Shown one piece after another: positions 1 to 11,947 of a stretch of 64,000 nucleotides of DNA. Numbering within the stretch: position 1 is the stretch's first letter; every line of letters starts with the position of its first letter. The position numbers and the translations under genes were made by a program. This stretch comes from Eledone cirrhosa (Eukaryota): contig OZ024742.1 in NCBI GenBank assembly GCA_964016885.1, positions 245,706,001 to 245,770,000 of the forward strand. The letters are read 5' to 3'. Below the pieces are notes generated by a model. That model saw only the letters and a list, made by a program, of their open reading frames with translations. It was not told the origin of the DNA and searched no databases.

Positions 1-1752
1 ATAACCTACATTAGGGAGGTTGTGTCTTTATTCTTTTTTGGTACTAGAATGTTTTTCAACATGCTGACATGTATATGTATGTGTGTGTGTGTATGTGCAT
101 ATGCATACATTTATATGTATGAGTATATGAATATAAATGTGCAAACACAGGCACACTTACAAAAATGCATATTCACAGACATAGATTCACACAAATACCC
201 ATACATTCACAGACACACACACACATTCACACAAACATACATTTACACAAACACACATACATTTACACTCACACACAGCGTAGCAAATGGAACACCAGCT
301 GGTGTTTTGCTATATATTTTCACCATCCCATTCCTTTCTTTTACACACACATACATTCACACAAACACACACACACATTGTGTGACTGACGAAGTTGCCT
401 AAATTTTGTATGTAGATGCTTTCTACAGCATACCAAAAAGGTGTACTTGGTGCATTTTCATGGCGCCAGCACTAGTGAGGTTGTTGGTCATTGATTCAAC
501 TATAGGACGCTAGCTATCCTACAGTGGCGAGGAAAAGATAACAAACGTGATAGGACTTGTCAAGTTGATGAATAGGAGGGGGACTTCTGATAGCATGGGG
601 TGGTGTGACTCCGTTGAAAACAGCTGCAAAGGGGTTTTTGTCTGGCATGTCAGGATTTTAGAAGGAGGGGATGTAGTGATGGTGAAAGTAGCTTATAAGG
701 TGTGACAGTGACAGTGGGGAAGAGCATGGATGTGGTGGAGGTGTACAGTGATGGCAAGGATTTCTACTAAGGAGAGTTAATGGAGGTGGGAGATATGGGG
801 ATGGGTAAGGTAAGGTCACATTTTACGCTGGTGGGAAGGTCTTCTCCATTACATATTGTCAATTTTCATGGTCCTTTGACATAGATTTATCTAAGAATCT
901 TAAAGTTAACTTATGTTCTAAAACCTTCCTTAATAATGAGAAAGTTAGTTATATTAAATTTCTCTAAATTCTTGATTATTTTCCAAATGATTTTAAAATC
1001 ATAGGCAGAGTTTTTCGTGAGAAATATAATAATGAAAGGGTTAATCAGTAATATAATTGTTTCTACTTTTGGCACAAGGCCAGCAATTACCCAGTACATT
1101 ACTGGTACTTTATTTTATCGACGCCGTTAGGATGAAAAGCAAAGTTAACCTTGGCGGGATTTGAACTCAGGTCATAAAGGGCAGTAACTCTTTGCTGCAA
1201 AGAATGGTATCCGACCCTCTACCGATACTGAGCCAATGTGTCTGTCTCGCACTAGAGATGACTGAGGAAAGAAGGGGTGATGACAAACTACAGAAAGCAA
1301 CGTTTAACATTTGCTACACATGTGTGTGTATATGTATAGCGAAATGGCTACAGTCATTGGCTGTTATGATTATGTGAGTGTTTGTATGTGTGTTAGTGTA
1401 AATTATATTTATATGTAATATTTGTGTGTGTTTATTTAGAAAGATTCATAGACAATAAAATTACAAACACACATGCATCTACACATACATATATATAAAC
1501 AGACACACTTAGAAAAAATAATTATTACATACACACACATCTATGTGATGACTGAAGAAGGAGGGGGGGGGGAGAAGCTGTAGAAGTCCAGCATTCTAAG
1601 ATTCGTCACTCTCGTGTGTTTGTATCACTTGTGTGAGTGAGCACGAAGGAACCAACTGACCAACCAATCAACAAACACAAATCTTTTTTATATTATGTAT
1701 AGATATTACAATACGCTGTTATTTTTGACAGCACAAGGCCAACTAGTCAGTA

Positions 1753-2077
1753 TCATCATCATCATCATTTTACGTCCGCTTTTCCCTGCTTGCAAGGGTG
1801 GGACGGGAACTGATTCTGGCTTGATTTCTACAGCTGGATGTCCTTCCTAACACCAACCTCATTTACAGTGAGTGCTGGGTGCTTTTTTGCCGTGGCACTT
1901 TGCACTGGAATGATAGAGACCCCAGTCCCTATCATCTCATTTACAGCTGAGTAAACTGGAGCAATGTGAAATAAAGTGTCTTGCTCAAGGAAACAACACA
2001 TCACCCGCTCTGAGAATTGAACTCACAACCTTTCGATTGCAAGGTCAATGCTCTAACCACTAAGCCATGTGCTTCAG
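1753..2077 (-). mobile_element. Composite SINE (tRNA-derived head, CORE-like body, RTE 5' motif, RTE 3' tail, (TGA)n)
   Basis: Near-identical inverted copy at 43881-44210; 3' end matches the RTE tail at about 48648-48688. Confidence 0.8.
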
Positions 2078-2171
2078 TATATAAAAGATAATATTTTAAA
2101 TGTTGTCTTCTGTTATGGATTTGAATTTGTTAATCTTACTTGAATATATTTTTTTTCTTTCTTTTTTCCAG

Positions 2172-2291
2172 TTGGTCATTCAAAAAGAAAATGGCGAGTT
2201 TATTGACCGTCTCAGTCCTTGGGCAACTTATGTGGTTCGAGAAAAAGAGCCAATATTTGATCAAGTTTTATGGAATCCTGAACCTGATGAG
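2172..2291 (+). CDS. GBE1: Glycogen branching enzyme, first in-window coding exon (LVIQKENGEFIDRLSPWATYVV...WNPEPDE)
   Basis: ttccag acceptor and GAG|gtaaat donor; 120 nt, phase 0; contains the DRxSPWAxYV motif of branching enzymes. Confidence 0.92.
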
Positions 2292-2694
2292 GTAAATGAA
2301 AGTATTAAAAAAAAGGGGAATGAATGAGCCTGTTAATTTTTATGTTAATGATTTAGTATAAAATGTTTAAAAATGGCTTAGTTAATTCATGTTTATTTTT
2401 AGCATATCTACTACTGCACATATTATGAAAATTTGCAGTATTAGTATAAAGACTTCAATTTTTAATGTGGTGTCGCCATAATGCCATTTTGTATTGTTTA
2501 AGAATGTCTTGCAGTCTCATGTGATACAGGTCTAAGAGTTACAAGACTTGAAAGGATGTACTGGGTGCATAATGTGTGGCACCAACACCAGAGAGGTTGT
2601 CATACATTCTACAGAGCCTGAGAACTCTCTCCACTCTATTGTCCTAGTCTCCCCCCTCTCTCTCTCCCTCTCTCTATCTATCTATCTATCTATC

Positions 2695-2747
<53 letters not shown>

Positions 2748-2938
2748 TTAGGTTTGTTGGTTCACCACTGGATAGAACTGGTCATTCCGTATTGTCAACC
2801 TCGATGTAATATTATGGAGAGCACTCAACGTAATGCAACTCACCTGTCTTCGTTTGTGCAGTTGGCGGTGCGAGTACAGAGTTAATTATTATGAAATAAC
2901 AGGAGGCTGGACTGGTGTAATTCCTTAAAAGGTTTATT

Positions 2939-2996
2939 ATACTATGATCATTTCAATGACCGGGTTCAGTATGAATCCGGTGACATCATCAGGTAT
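2939..2996 (-). ncRNA. Type-I hammerhead ribozyme motif
   Basis: Minus strand reads ATAC-CTGATGA-[stem II incl. ACCGG.TTCA/TGAA.CCGGT]-GAAA-TGATCA-TA-GTAT; intact core, palindromic stem III. Confidence 0.75.
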
Positions 2997-3866
2997 TCGA
3001 AATATAACAAAGGAATATAATAGACAAAATCCATGGGGTTGAAAATCAGAGTCATGAGGGCGACCGAAGCACTTAACTAAATCCCCCACCAGTGTGAATA
3101 ACTAGTAATTGTTTGGTATATACGATGGCCGGCGGATGGTGGCGGACTTCCCGTTAGCACACTTGACACATAAGTCAGTTAACATTCCTGGAGTGCTCGG
3201 AAAAATAAATTTCCATTTCTTTCGCTAGACGATAATACTCGGAACGGCTGACACGCCGTTGGGCCTCGGGCTGGCCGGGGGTCCGCAACGTCATTGGTTA
3301 TTGACCGCTAAGCATGGGCTTAATCTTTACTCTATATTCTACCCTGAAACTTTATCGTGACTATCTATAATACACTTAAACTTTTTCATAAAAGCCTCCT
3401 TCTGTAAATTCTTTAACTAAATCTCACAATTTCAAACCTAAACCTTATTTTTCTAATTTTCATCTTAAATGGCATCTTCTAAACCTAAACATAAATTTAA
3501 CGTTTCTAATTGTTAATCGTAATTTCTGTCCATACATTATACCATGCAGACGCCCACGATATAATACTATATGTAGCTTTGTTGAAGAGATATATGTTCC
3601 TTGAAATAATATTTTTCGCGGCACTTTCTAGCACGCATGACAAGCTTGATTGTGACCTGACCTCTACGCTGGCTTCTGTCTTTGACGGGGTGGTAGTAGT
3701 ACACTATAAGCCTACGCCCCTTCACCAGATGGACATAAGTAGGCCTAATAATCACCACTTGAGGGCGGCCGACTGGGGTAGAAGCTGCTAAATGTTTGGT
3801 CGCCCTCATATCTCTGATTTTCAGCCCCATGGATTTTGTCTATCATATTCCTTTGTTATATTTTGA

Positions 3867-3924
3867 ATACCTGATGATGTCACCGGATTCATACTAAACC
3901 CGGTCATTGAAATGATCATAGTAT
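3867..3924 (+). ncRNA. Type-I hammerhead ribozyme motif
   Basis: ATAC-CTGATGA-tgtcACCGG...CCGGTcatt-GAAA-TGATCA-TA-GTAT. Confidence 0.75.
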
Positions 3925-4003
3925 AATAAACCTTTTAAGGAATTACACCAGTCCAGCCTCCTGTTATTTTATAATATATATATATCTATATGTATGTATG
4001 TAA

Positions 4004-6720
4004 AAGGTAAACAGAAATAACAACACAATCGGTACAGTATATGGAAGGTATATATTAGGTTAACACTTGATATAGCAGGAAGAGGGTCTTAACGTTTCGG
4101 ACGCTAGTCCTTCATGAGAAGAAAGAATGAGAAATAAGATAGATTGAGGGGACGGGCGGGATGGAATTGGAAAAAATGTCTTTAGATAAAAATAACAGGT
4201 CCATTCATGTTGACATCTAATGCAAAACTGTTGGTGCTGGCGTTTTGTGTATGATTTATTTTTTAGTGGATGATGGAGCACGTTTACCGGAAATGGAAAA
4301 AAAAACGTTTTGTAAAAAAGAGCTATACTTGAGCACATGCGTAAGCATGAGTTTGTGTGTGTGTTATTATAGGTCCGTACGAAGCTAAGAAGAAATGTGT
4401 GTCTATGTGAGTAAAAGAGTGTGTGTGCATGTAAGTACGAAGCTATGAGCAAAAGTATGTTAATATAAGGGTATGTGTCGGCATGTATTAGTAGTAAGAG
4501 AAGCTGCTAATGATCAAGAGAAAGCGATAGCAATCTGGTGGTGTGATAATGGACGGGGTATTAGAGAAATTGGGGAGGTGAGTTGAGTCCATGAGGAGAA
4601 TAAGACCCAAGACGGTGAATCAGACTTTGTTCAGTCCTGGTGCGCGAGGCCTGTGATCCATGATGTAAAAGGACACCCAGGACTGAAACATGTAGGGAAG
4701 AATGACCAGGAGAACAGAAATGACGGGTGACAGGAGTATCCAAGCCGAGTTGTATGTCCCTCAAATGTTTGGCAAAACGGTCTGCCATACGGCGTTCTGT
4801 TTGTCCGATATATAAAGACTTGCAAAGGGAACACCGGAGGGCATAGACAACGTGGATGGATGTGCAGGTGAAAGAATGGCGGATATGGAAAGACCCGTTA
4901 GGGCCTGTAAGAGTGGTGAGGGTGGAAATAAAGGGACAAGTGTTGCAGCAGGAACAAGAATAAGAGCCAGGTGGAGTCGTGGGAGAGGACGAAAAAGAAC
5001 TGCGAACTAGGAGGTCGCGGAGGTTTCGGGCGTGCTTAAAAGCAGTAATGTGTGGGTTTAGAAAGAAGCGAGAAGTTACGGGTCAGAAGAGAGGATGCGG
5101 AAGGAACAGAGGATATGTCGCCGGAGTGGTAGGGTGATGGGGTGGTAGGTGAGAGGGAAAAGAACACGGGTGTTGGGAGGGTGGGGGGTGTGGTCTGTTT
5201 CACGTGCGCAGGTGAGAGCAGCTTGGATCAAGGTGGGGGGGGGGATATCCACCCTGGATGAAGCAGGAAGCCATGCAAAGGGAATGGGTTTCGAAATCGT
5301 TGTCCTGGCTACAGAGTAGACGAAGACGGACGATATGGAAATAGGGTATGGAGTGTTTGGTGTGGGTTGGATTGGAGGAGGTGAAGTCGAGATAAGAGTG
5401 GGAGTCTGTTGGTTTAATGAAGATGGAAGTAGAGAGGGTGTGGTGAGAGTGATTAATAGATAGAGAGATTTCTAGAAAAGCAACAGAAGAATCGGAGACG
5501 GAGGCAGTGAAATTGAGAGCAGGATGGAAAGATTGGACAAAAGAAAGAAAACAATCAAGCTGTTCTCGTGATAGAGAGGTGGCGCCGATACAGTCGTTGA
5601 TATAACGACCGTATAGCTCAGGAGTCGGTCCAGCGTACTGGGAGAAGATCCGAGCTTCGACATAGCCAACAAACAAGTTGGCATAGTTTGGACCCATTCT
5701 GGTTCCCATCGCTACCCCAGAGACCTGCTGGTAAAATTCACCCGAAAAAGAAATTCCATTAAGGGTGAGAACAAGCTCAGCCAGACGGAAAAGATTAGTA
5801 GTGCTGGGGTAAGAGGTAGGACGTAAATCTAAAAAATGCTGGAGAGCGCGGAGGCTGTCATCATGAGGGATGACGGTATAGAGAGAAGTGATGTCCAGGG
5901 TAAAGAGAAGGCAGGAGGGACCAGGAGGGAAGGAGAAAGAGTTGAAGAGTCTAAGGGCATGATTTATATCATTGATGTGGGAGGGGAGATTGCCGACCAA
6001 TGATGGTGTCTAAATATTCAGAAATTATCTCGGTGGGGCAGTTGCATGCAGAAACGATAGGATGGCTGGGATTATTTTGTTTGTGTATTTTGGGGAGGAA
6101 GTAGATGGTGGGTGTGCGAGGGGTGCGCACAATAAGGTTGGTGGCTGTGGGGGGGGGGGTAAGTGAGAGGAGATGAGCTTGTGGATGGTGGAGGACACGA
6201 GTTGTTGGTAGCCAGTAGTGGGGTCGGAGGATAAAGGGCGGTAAAAAAGGGTATTGTGAAGCTGGCGGAGAGCCTCAGCCCTATAGAGGTCAGCGCTCTA
6301 AACCACCACAGCGCCACCTTTGTCAGCGGGTTTGATGACAATGTCATCGTGATGCCGAAGGTTGCGAAGAACGGAGAGCTCAGTTCGCGTGATATTAGAG
6401 TGACGAGAATGGTGGTGGAAACGGAACCAATTCACAGTAAGCCGGCAAGTATCAACAAAGGAGTCGAGGGTGCTGAACTGGCCAGAGCTCGGCGTCCAAT
6501 GTGATTGCTGGCGACCGAGACGAGTGAAGTTATCTGTCTGTGTCGATGATGGAGTGTCGTGAAAAGAAGCTTTCAACTTTAATCGACGGAAGAACCCTTC
6601 AATCTCGGCACATGTGCGTAACTCGTTGCAGGTAGATGTGGTTGGTATAAAACGCAAACCACGGGCGAGGAGGGAGCGCTCAGCTTCGGAGAGTGGTAGG
6701 TCCTGGGGTATGGTGACTAC
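4004..6720 (-). mobile_element. Penelope-like retroelement, decayed (RT + GIY-YIG endonuclease)
   Basis: ORF 5200-6000 has LDITSLYT, GVAMGTRMGP and RYIND (YIDD mutated); 4561-4900 reads VVYALRC..LYIGQT..RF..H..GLN; Cys-rich linker; frameshifts; 3' hammerhead relic. Confidence 0.92.
4087..4122 (-). ncRNA. Minimal hammerhead motif in the PLE 3' repeat (core mutated to CUCAUGA)
   Basis: TCTT-CTCATGA-AGGAC-TAGC-GTCC-GAAAC-GTT-A-AGA. Confidence 0.65.
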
Positions 6721-6837
6721 AGTGTGTGTGTGTGTACTAAGTGTTGACCTATTTTTAAGAAATGGAATAGTAGTTTACTTTACTCTAGTAAAAGTTATCT
6801 CCATTAACTTGCAAATACTTTTTGTATTTATTACTAG

Positions 6838-6982
6838 ATCTATAAATTCAAGCATCCACATCCTAAAAAACCAAACAGGCTACGCATTTATGAGGCTCAT
6901 GTTGGCATTTCCTCATGGGAAGGTAAAGTAGCAAGCTACAAGTGGTTTGCTACTGATATCATACCCAGAATTGTAAAACTTG
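6838..6982 (+). CDS. GBE1: GBE1 exon ([26 protein letters not shown]...IPRIVKLG)
   Basis: actag acceptor and G|gtaagt donor; [11 protein letters not shown] motif; frame continues from the previous exon. Confidence 0.95.
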
Positions 6983-8119
6983 GTAAGTGTTACTAATCAC
7001 AGGCACTCTCTCACACACAGACATACATTACTTCTCCATTGATACGCATGCCTCCTACTTTATGATATAAAAAAGTTTGTTTTAAAATGATGATTATATA
7101 TAAAATCCTTCCATCATAAATTTTATATAAGAATCTTAAAGATATGTTCCATATACCAGCTTGATAAATGCTTCTTGCTTTCCTGACCACTACAATTTGC
7201 AAAAATTTAATTGTCATCTTCTCTTTCCTTCAATTATGTTCTCTCTGTCTTGTCCTTTTCTCTTATCAGTAACACCTTGCGATTTAGTGGCTTTATTGCC
7301 TCGCTTGGGGTGAATCAATTTAAAAAAAAAATCCTGCCAAAGTCAACTCTACCCGTCATCCTTTCAAAGTCAATAAGTACCAGTCAAATGCTGGGGCTGA
7401 TTCTCTCTCTTTTATAATTACTAAATTCCTCCAAATTTTTTATTATTTTTGAAATTATATAAAAATCATAGGCAATGTCAATCATTAGAAACATGGTAAT
7501 GAAAGCTGTTAAATTAGGATGCTTGGGTGGGTAGTGGGATAATAAATTGCAAAAACCTAAGTAGGTTTACCACCGTCTACTCTGTTGCATATCTTCAAGC
7601 TAAGTTTCCAGTGTGAGGTTAACTTTTTCCCTTCCTTACTCAAGTTGTGGAGGTTCAGAAAACAGCCATGAGCACTGTCTCTTCTGTTTTGACTAAGTTA
7701 GTTAACTCTGTTGTTTGAAACTGTTCCTTGTTCTATGATACAAAGCTGTATATTTTAAAGTGTTTATATTTGTCTAAAACGCTTTCCATCATAATTTTAT
7801 ATAAGAACCATTGTAAATTTATGCTCCAAACACCAACTTAATAATGAGGAATTCATTTATATTGCCAAACCCCCTTTAAATTCAAAATGACTTAAAAATC
7901 ATGACATGATACAGCACAAGTTTCATCCTTTCCTCTACCTAGTGAATTTTATCATGTCACCAGCACTAGTGGATAAATGTATGTTCATTTCCTGCAGGTG
8001 ACTCTGCTCACTTTTTTACCATCTCTAAGAGTTTACATACCCAACTTGTTTGACTATTTTATAGCTAATCCTGTATTGTAGCAGCTTACACTAAGCTAAC
8101 ATACTTTTGAAAGGTTTAA

Positions 8120-8340
8120 CCCTTTAACATTTACATTACTCTCTAAATACTATTGTATTTTCACGGTAGAGGTTTTACCTCACATAATTATCACACATAA
8201 TATAGAATCTATGAGATTTTGATATCATTTATTTTGAGAACAATACCTTAGCATCAGTATGAGTGACTGGTTACAGCCAGTTTGAACAGAAAGAGGTGAA
8301 AGAATTCTGGCCGGATATGGCCCGTTTAAATGCTAAAGGG
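8120..8340. mobile_element. piggyBac-like MITE
   Basis: TTAA on both sides; TIRs CCCTTTAACATTTA / TAAATGCTAAAGGG. Confidence 0.8.
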
Positions 8341-8384
8341 TTAATATATAAACAACTAATATTTATGATTGGTTTTGCTTTCAG

Positions 8385-8475
8385 GGTATAATTCAATTCA
8401 ATTAATGGCCATCATGGAACATTCATATTATGCATCCTTTGGTTATCAAGTGACAAGTTTCTTTGCTGTCTCTAG
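8385..8475 (+). CDS. GBE1: GBE1 exon ([31 protein letters not shown])
   Basis: ttcag acceptor and AG|gtttgt donor; 91 nt; highly conserved branching-enzyme motif. Confidence 0.96.
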
Positions 8476-9431
8476 GTTTGTACTCTTTCTATTCCTAATT
8501 TCTTTCTTTTCTTTTATATTTTAGACCTGTAATATGTTAGGTGTTGATTGTTGTTAGAACACCAGTGTTTGTTCCAGTTCTCTGTTCTTCATTCTGAATT
8601 CAAACCCTGTCACAGTCAACTTTATTTTTTATCCTTTTCAGGTCAATAAATAAGGTACCAGTCCAGGGGTAGTGGATTGGCAGGATTATTAAAGAGTTAC
8701 AGCTTTGTGTGTTCTGATTTCAAATCCTGGTGGAATTAACTACCATATTTTCTTAAAATACAAGAAATTTTTTAAGATTAAGAGTAAAAAAGTGGGTTAT
8801 ATTATACACAAGTACACATTTTCAGAAATTTTAACTGAGTTTAAAAAGTCTCATTTAAAATGGCAAGATTGCAAATATAATGAGGTACTAAGATTTGAAG
8901 GTAATTTGCAAAATTATACCTTTCAATTTAGGATTTATAAAAATACCACTATTTGCTCGGGGTCTACCTCTGAATCTTCTGTCAAAAGGATTTGAAACTT
9001 ATAGTATATGCTAGCGTGGAAGATGGACGTTAAACGAAGATGATGATGATGATGATGTCTTTCATTAGAAATATGGTAATGAAAAGGTTAATGTTATGCT
9101 GTCATAGTGTTTTTTTTTTTATTTTGAGAATGTTTTGCTAGTATGGATTTATGTGATACAGGATGTTAAAAGTTAATCCATATTGTGAAAAAATATTTTT
9201 TAGTGAGAGGTTTAAATTTAACAGATTTAAGCTCCATTTAAACTCCAACTATAAACTGAAGTCTAATTTTTCAAAGTAACATGGTGCTAAGATTTGAAGA
9301 TATAGTTTCCAAAATTAAAACTTCAGAAACATACATCATATTATACTCAAGTCGTATTGCCACAGTGCAGTATTATACACGTTTTTTTTTTTTTGATTTT
9401 TGAAATGCGAAATTTTAATTTCTTTACACAG

Positions 9432-9641
9432 TCGCTATGGCACACCAGAAGAACTAAAAGAGTTGATTGACGTGGCGCATTCTTATGGATTGGTTGTGTT
9501 CCTCGATATTGTGCACAGCCATGCATCAAAGAATGCGGAAGATGGTCTAAATGGCTTTGATGGTACCGCATCGTGTTATTTCCATGACAGTGGTCGAGGT
9601 CACCATAGTCTTTGGGATTCTCGACTCTTCAATTATTCGCA
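9432..9641 (+). CDS. GBE1: GBE1 exon ([13 protein letters not shown]...[11 protein letters not shown]...WDSRLFNYS)
   Basis: cacag acceptor and CA|gtaagt donor; 210 nt; GH13 region I (DxVHSH). Confidence 0.97.
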
Positions 9642-10029
9642 GTAAGTATTTCATATTCAGAGATTCTTTCATCAGATTTTTACAAATTTGTTTGTTTCCT
9701 GTTTCCTTATAGTGGCTGCAGCATGGCTGAATAGTTAAGAAGTTTGCTTTACAATCACTAGGTCCTGGGTTCAATCCCACTGTATGGCATCTTGAGCAAG
9801 TGTCACTTACCATAGCTTTAGGTTGACCCACACCTTGTGAGTGACACTGGGAGGACAGAAACTATTTGGAAGCTTGTCAGGTGAACTGTAACTAATTCAA
9901 AAGGTCAGGCCTGTCGCACTGTGTCACACTGAATTTCCACAAGAATTACGTTAATGTACTGTGGAATGCACATTACTTTTGCCAGGTTTTGTTTGTCATA
10001 CCATAGGGATGTAGTTTTTTTATTTTAAT

Positions 10030-10670
10030 GCTCACATATTTATTTATATGCATAACTCGGAATAGTGCCATCATTTTATACACACACTGGAAAACCATTC
10101 AGGAACATAGACACACACAAACACTTACACCATTTTAGCACACACGCAACCATACATTCCAACGTATCCGCACTACACAAATACACACACACACACGTGC
10201 GCATCCTCACATACACCCACTTTGCCTCCGAATTACGCACACTCTCCCCTACCACATCCACACACGCATAGACTTACACTCCACCACAACATACACAATG
10301 GTTTTCCAAAACCCACAAGCACGCAACCCTGCTCTCCCCCAGACTCTCACACTTACATCCACGCATACACACACACATACCTCACCTTCCGCCCTCCCTG
10401 CTTGGACACCCCCCTCCATCCACCCCACACACCGCCACCTCTACACGCCTCACATCTTTCCCAACTTGTATTTTAACTTTTATTTTCCACTTCATGTTTT
10501 ATTTACCCCACTAACTCCCTCCTCACTCCTTCTCAGAGTTCCTCCTCCCCCCATTCTCCTGATGAAGGGGTTATGCCTGAAATGTCGCACCCACACCCCC
10601 CCACTCTCACTAAGCATGAACCTAATACCTTTTGTAACTTGTACTCCTGCGTTGTTTTTTTATATTCCTA
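10030..10670 (+). mobile_element. 3' fragment of a PLE-like element (CA-rich tract plus hammerhead core at 10559-10586)
   Basis: CTGATGA-AGGGGTTATGCCT-GAAA-TGTC; same layout as 61700-62520. Confidence 0.55.
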
Positions 10671-11721
10671 TATATATATATATATAATAATAATATTATT
10701 TATAGTTATATATATAATATATACAACTATAAACAGGAAAGGTCAGTAATTCATTACTACCTTATTACCAGTAAGAAAAATAGCTCAATGTAAATACATC
10801 AATGCATCTATATGATTGTTCAGTTGAATAGGAGGTTAATTATATGTCCAAACTTTGCTAGTGCTCCGATGATTCCAAACAAAAGTTTGGAAGAAACGAT
10901 TGTCAGCAATAAAATGTTTTGAACCTAGTTTTGATTATTGTGTACTTTATATGTATATATATATATATATATTAGAAAGATCGAGTATCGAAAAATCGGC
11001 GCACGAGTTCACGAAAAACGAAATTCGATATGAGCGGCAGAGGGCTCAATAATTCAGATGAATCAGAGCTATAACTATCGTTAAAATACCGTCACATATA
11101 GAACAAGTCTACAATCAACCATACGATTTAAAATCGATAAAGGAAGATTCGGGCCAAACAGATAAAAAATATCAATAAAACAATACGTCAATAATTTAAA
11201 TGAATGTAAAATCATACCCGGACCCACTAGAAAGGTGTTAAATCTAGCTTCATGGGTTTCTGTAAATCCTTAGACAGTACTCTATCAGCTCACATATAAA
11301 TATAAAAGCCTACTAGAATAAGTGGAACGGAGTTTACGTTGTCAACGAGTTTTATCCTGGCGGCAAAGGAGTCAACTAGCGGTGAAAAACGCACATGGCA
11401 TTAGACAAGGGAGATGACCCCTATATCCGCGAAAACAATTCGAGTGAATGTGGAAATACACATATCGAATTAGAGTGCTCAATAGACATGTTAAAATAAA
11501 ACAAAAGCTATTCATCACTCAATAGAATCGACAAAATATATATATATATATATATTAGAGTATGGGGTTAACTGAACAGGGATGTGTGAACCACATTATG
11601 GTCTGTCGGTTGTGAAGCAGATAACAAGAAGTGCTCAATGATCTGTATAAATGGTGCAATCCGGAGCATATGTTAATAAAAGGTTGGAGGCTATATTCAG
11701 TTGATTCAGGTTTATTTAAAA

Positions 11722-11783
11722 TACCATTATACATATTTCACTGAGGACTATCAGTTAAGATAGCCTGAGCTCCTCAGACGGTA
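11722..11783 (-). ncRNA. Type-I hammerhead ribozyme motif
   Basis: TACCGT-CTGAGGA-GCTCAGG.CTATC-ttaact-GATAG.tCCTCAGT-GAAA-TATGTA-TA-ATGGTA; intact core, stems I-III can pair. Confidence 0.75.
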
Positions 11784-11947
11784 AAACCTATAAAAACATT
11801 GAAAGTTCCCCCCTAAAAACCTATAAATTTGGAAGAGTCCAATAATTTATTGGATTCTTCCAAATTTATAGGTTTTTTGGGGAGAACTTTCAATGTTTTT
11901 ACAGGTTTTTACAGGCTATCATAACTGATTGTCCTCAGTGAAATGTG
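11732..11947. repeat. Fold-back palindrome of ~215 bp centred near 11846
   Basis: Arms meet at ...GTCCAATAA-T-TTATTGGATTC...; the right arm lacks ~14 nt that include the hammerhead CTGAGGA core. Confidence 0.9.

Larger units (their letters stand above)
2748..3976. mobile_element. Non-coding element with ~190-bp inverted repeats (2887-3077 / 3787-3976), each carrying a hammerhead ribozyme; PLE/retrozyme-like
   Basis: Arms align as reverse complements; flanked by (TA)n; no recognisable ORF. Confidence 0.75.

Noticed and set aside
22-402. ORFs at the window start as upstream GBE1 exons
   Set aside because: (CA)/(TG)-rich low complexity with no branching-enzyme similarity
1180-1747. Possible non-autonomous Helitron (GCTGTT/GACAGC hairpin plus CTAGT) and CTGAGGA/CTGAAGA motifs
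   Set aside because: 5' end undefined, and no convincing stem II-GAAA arrangement for a hammerhead
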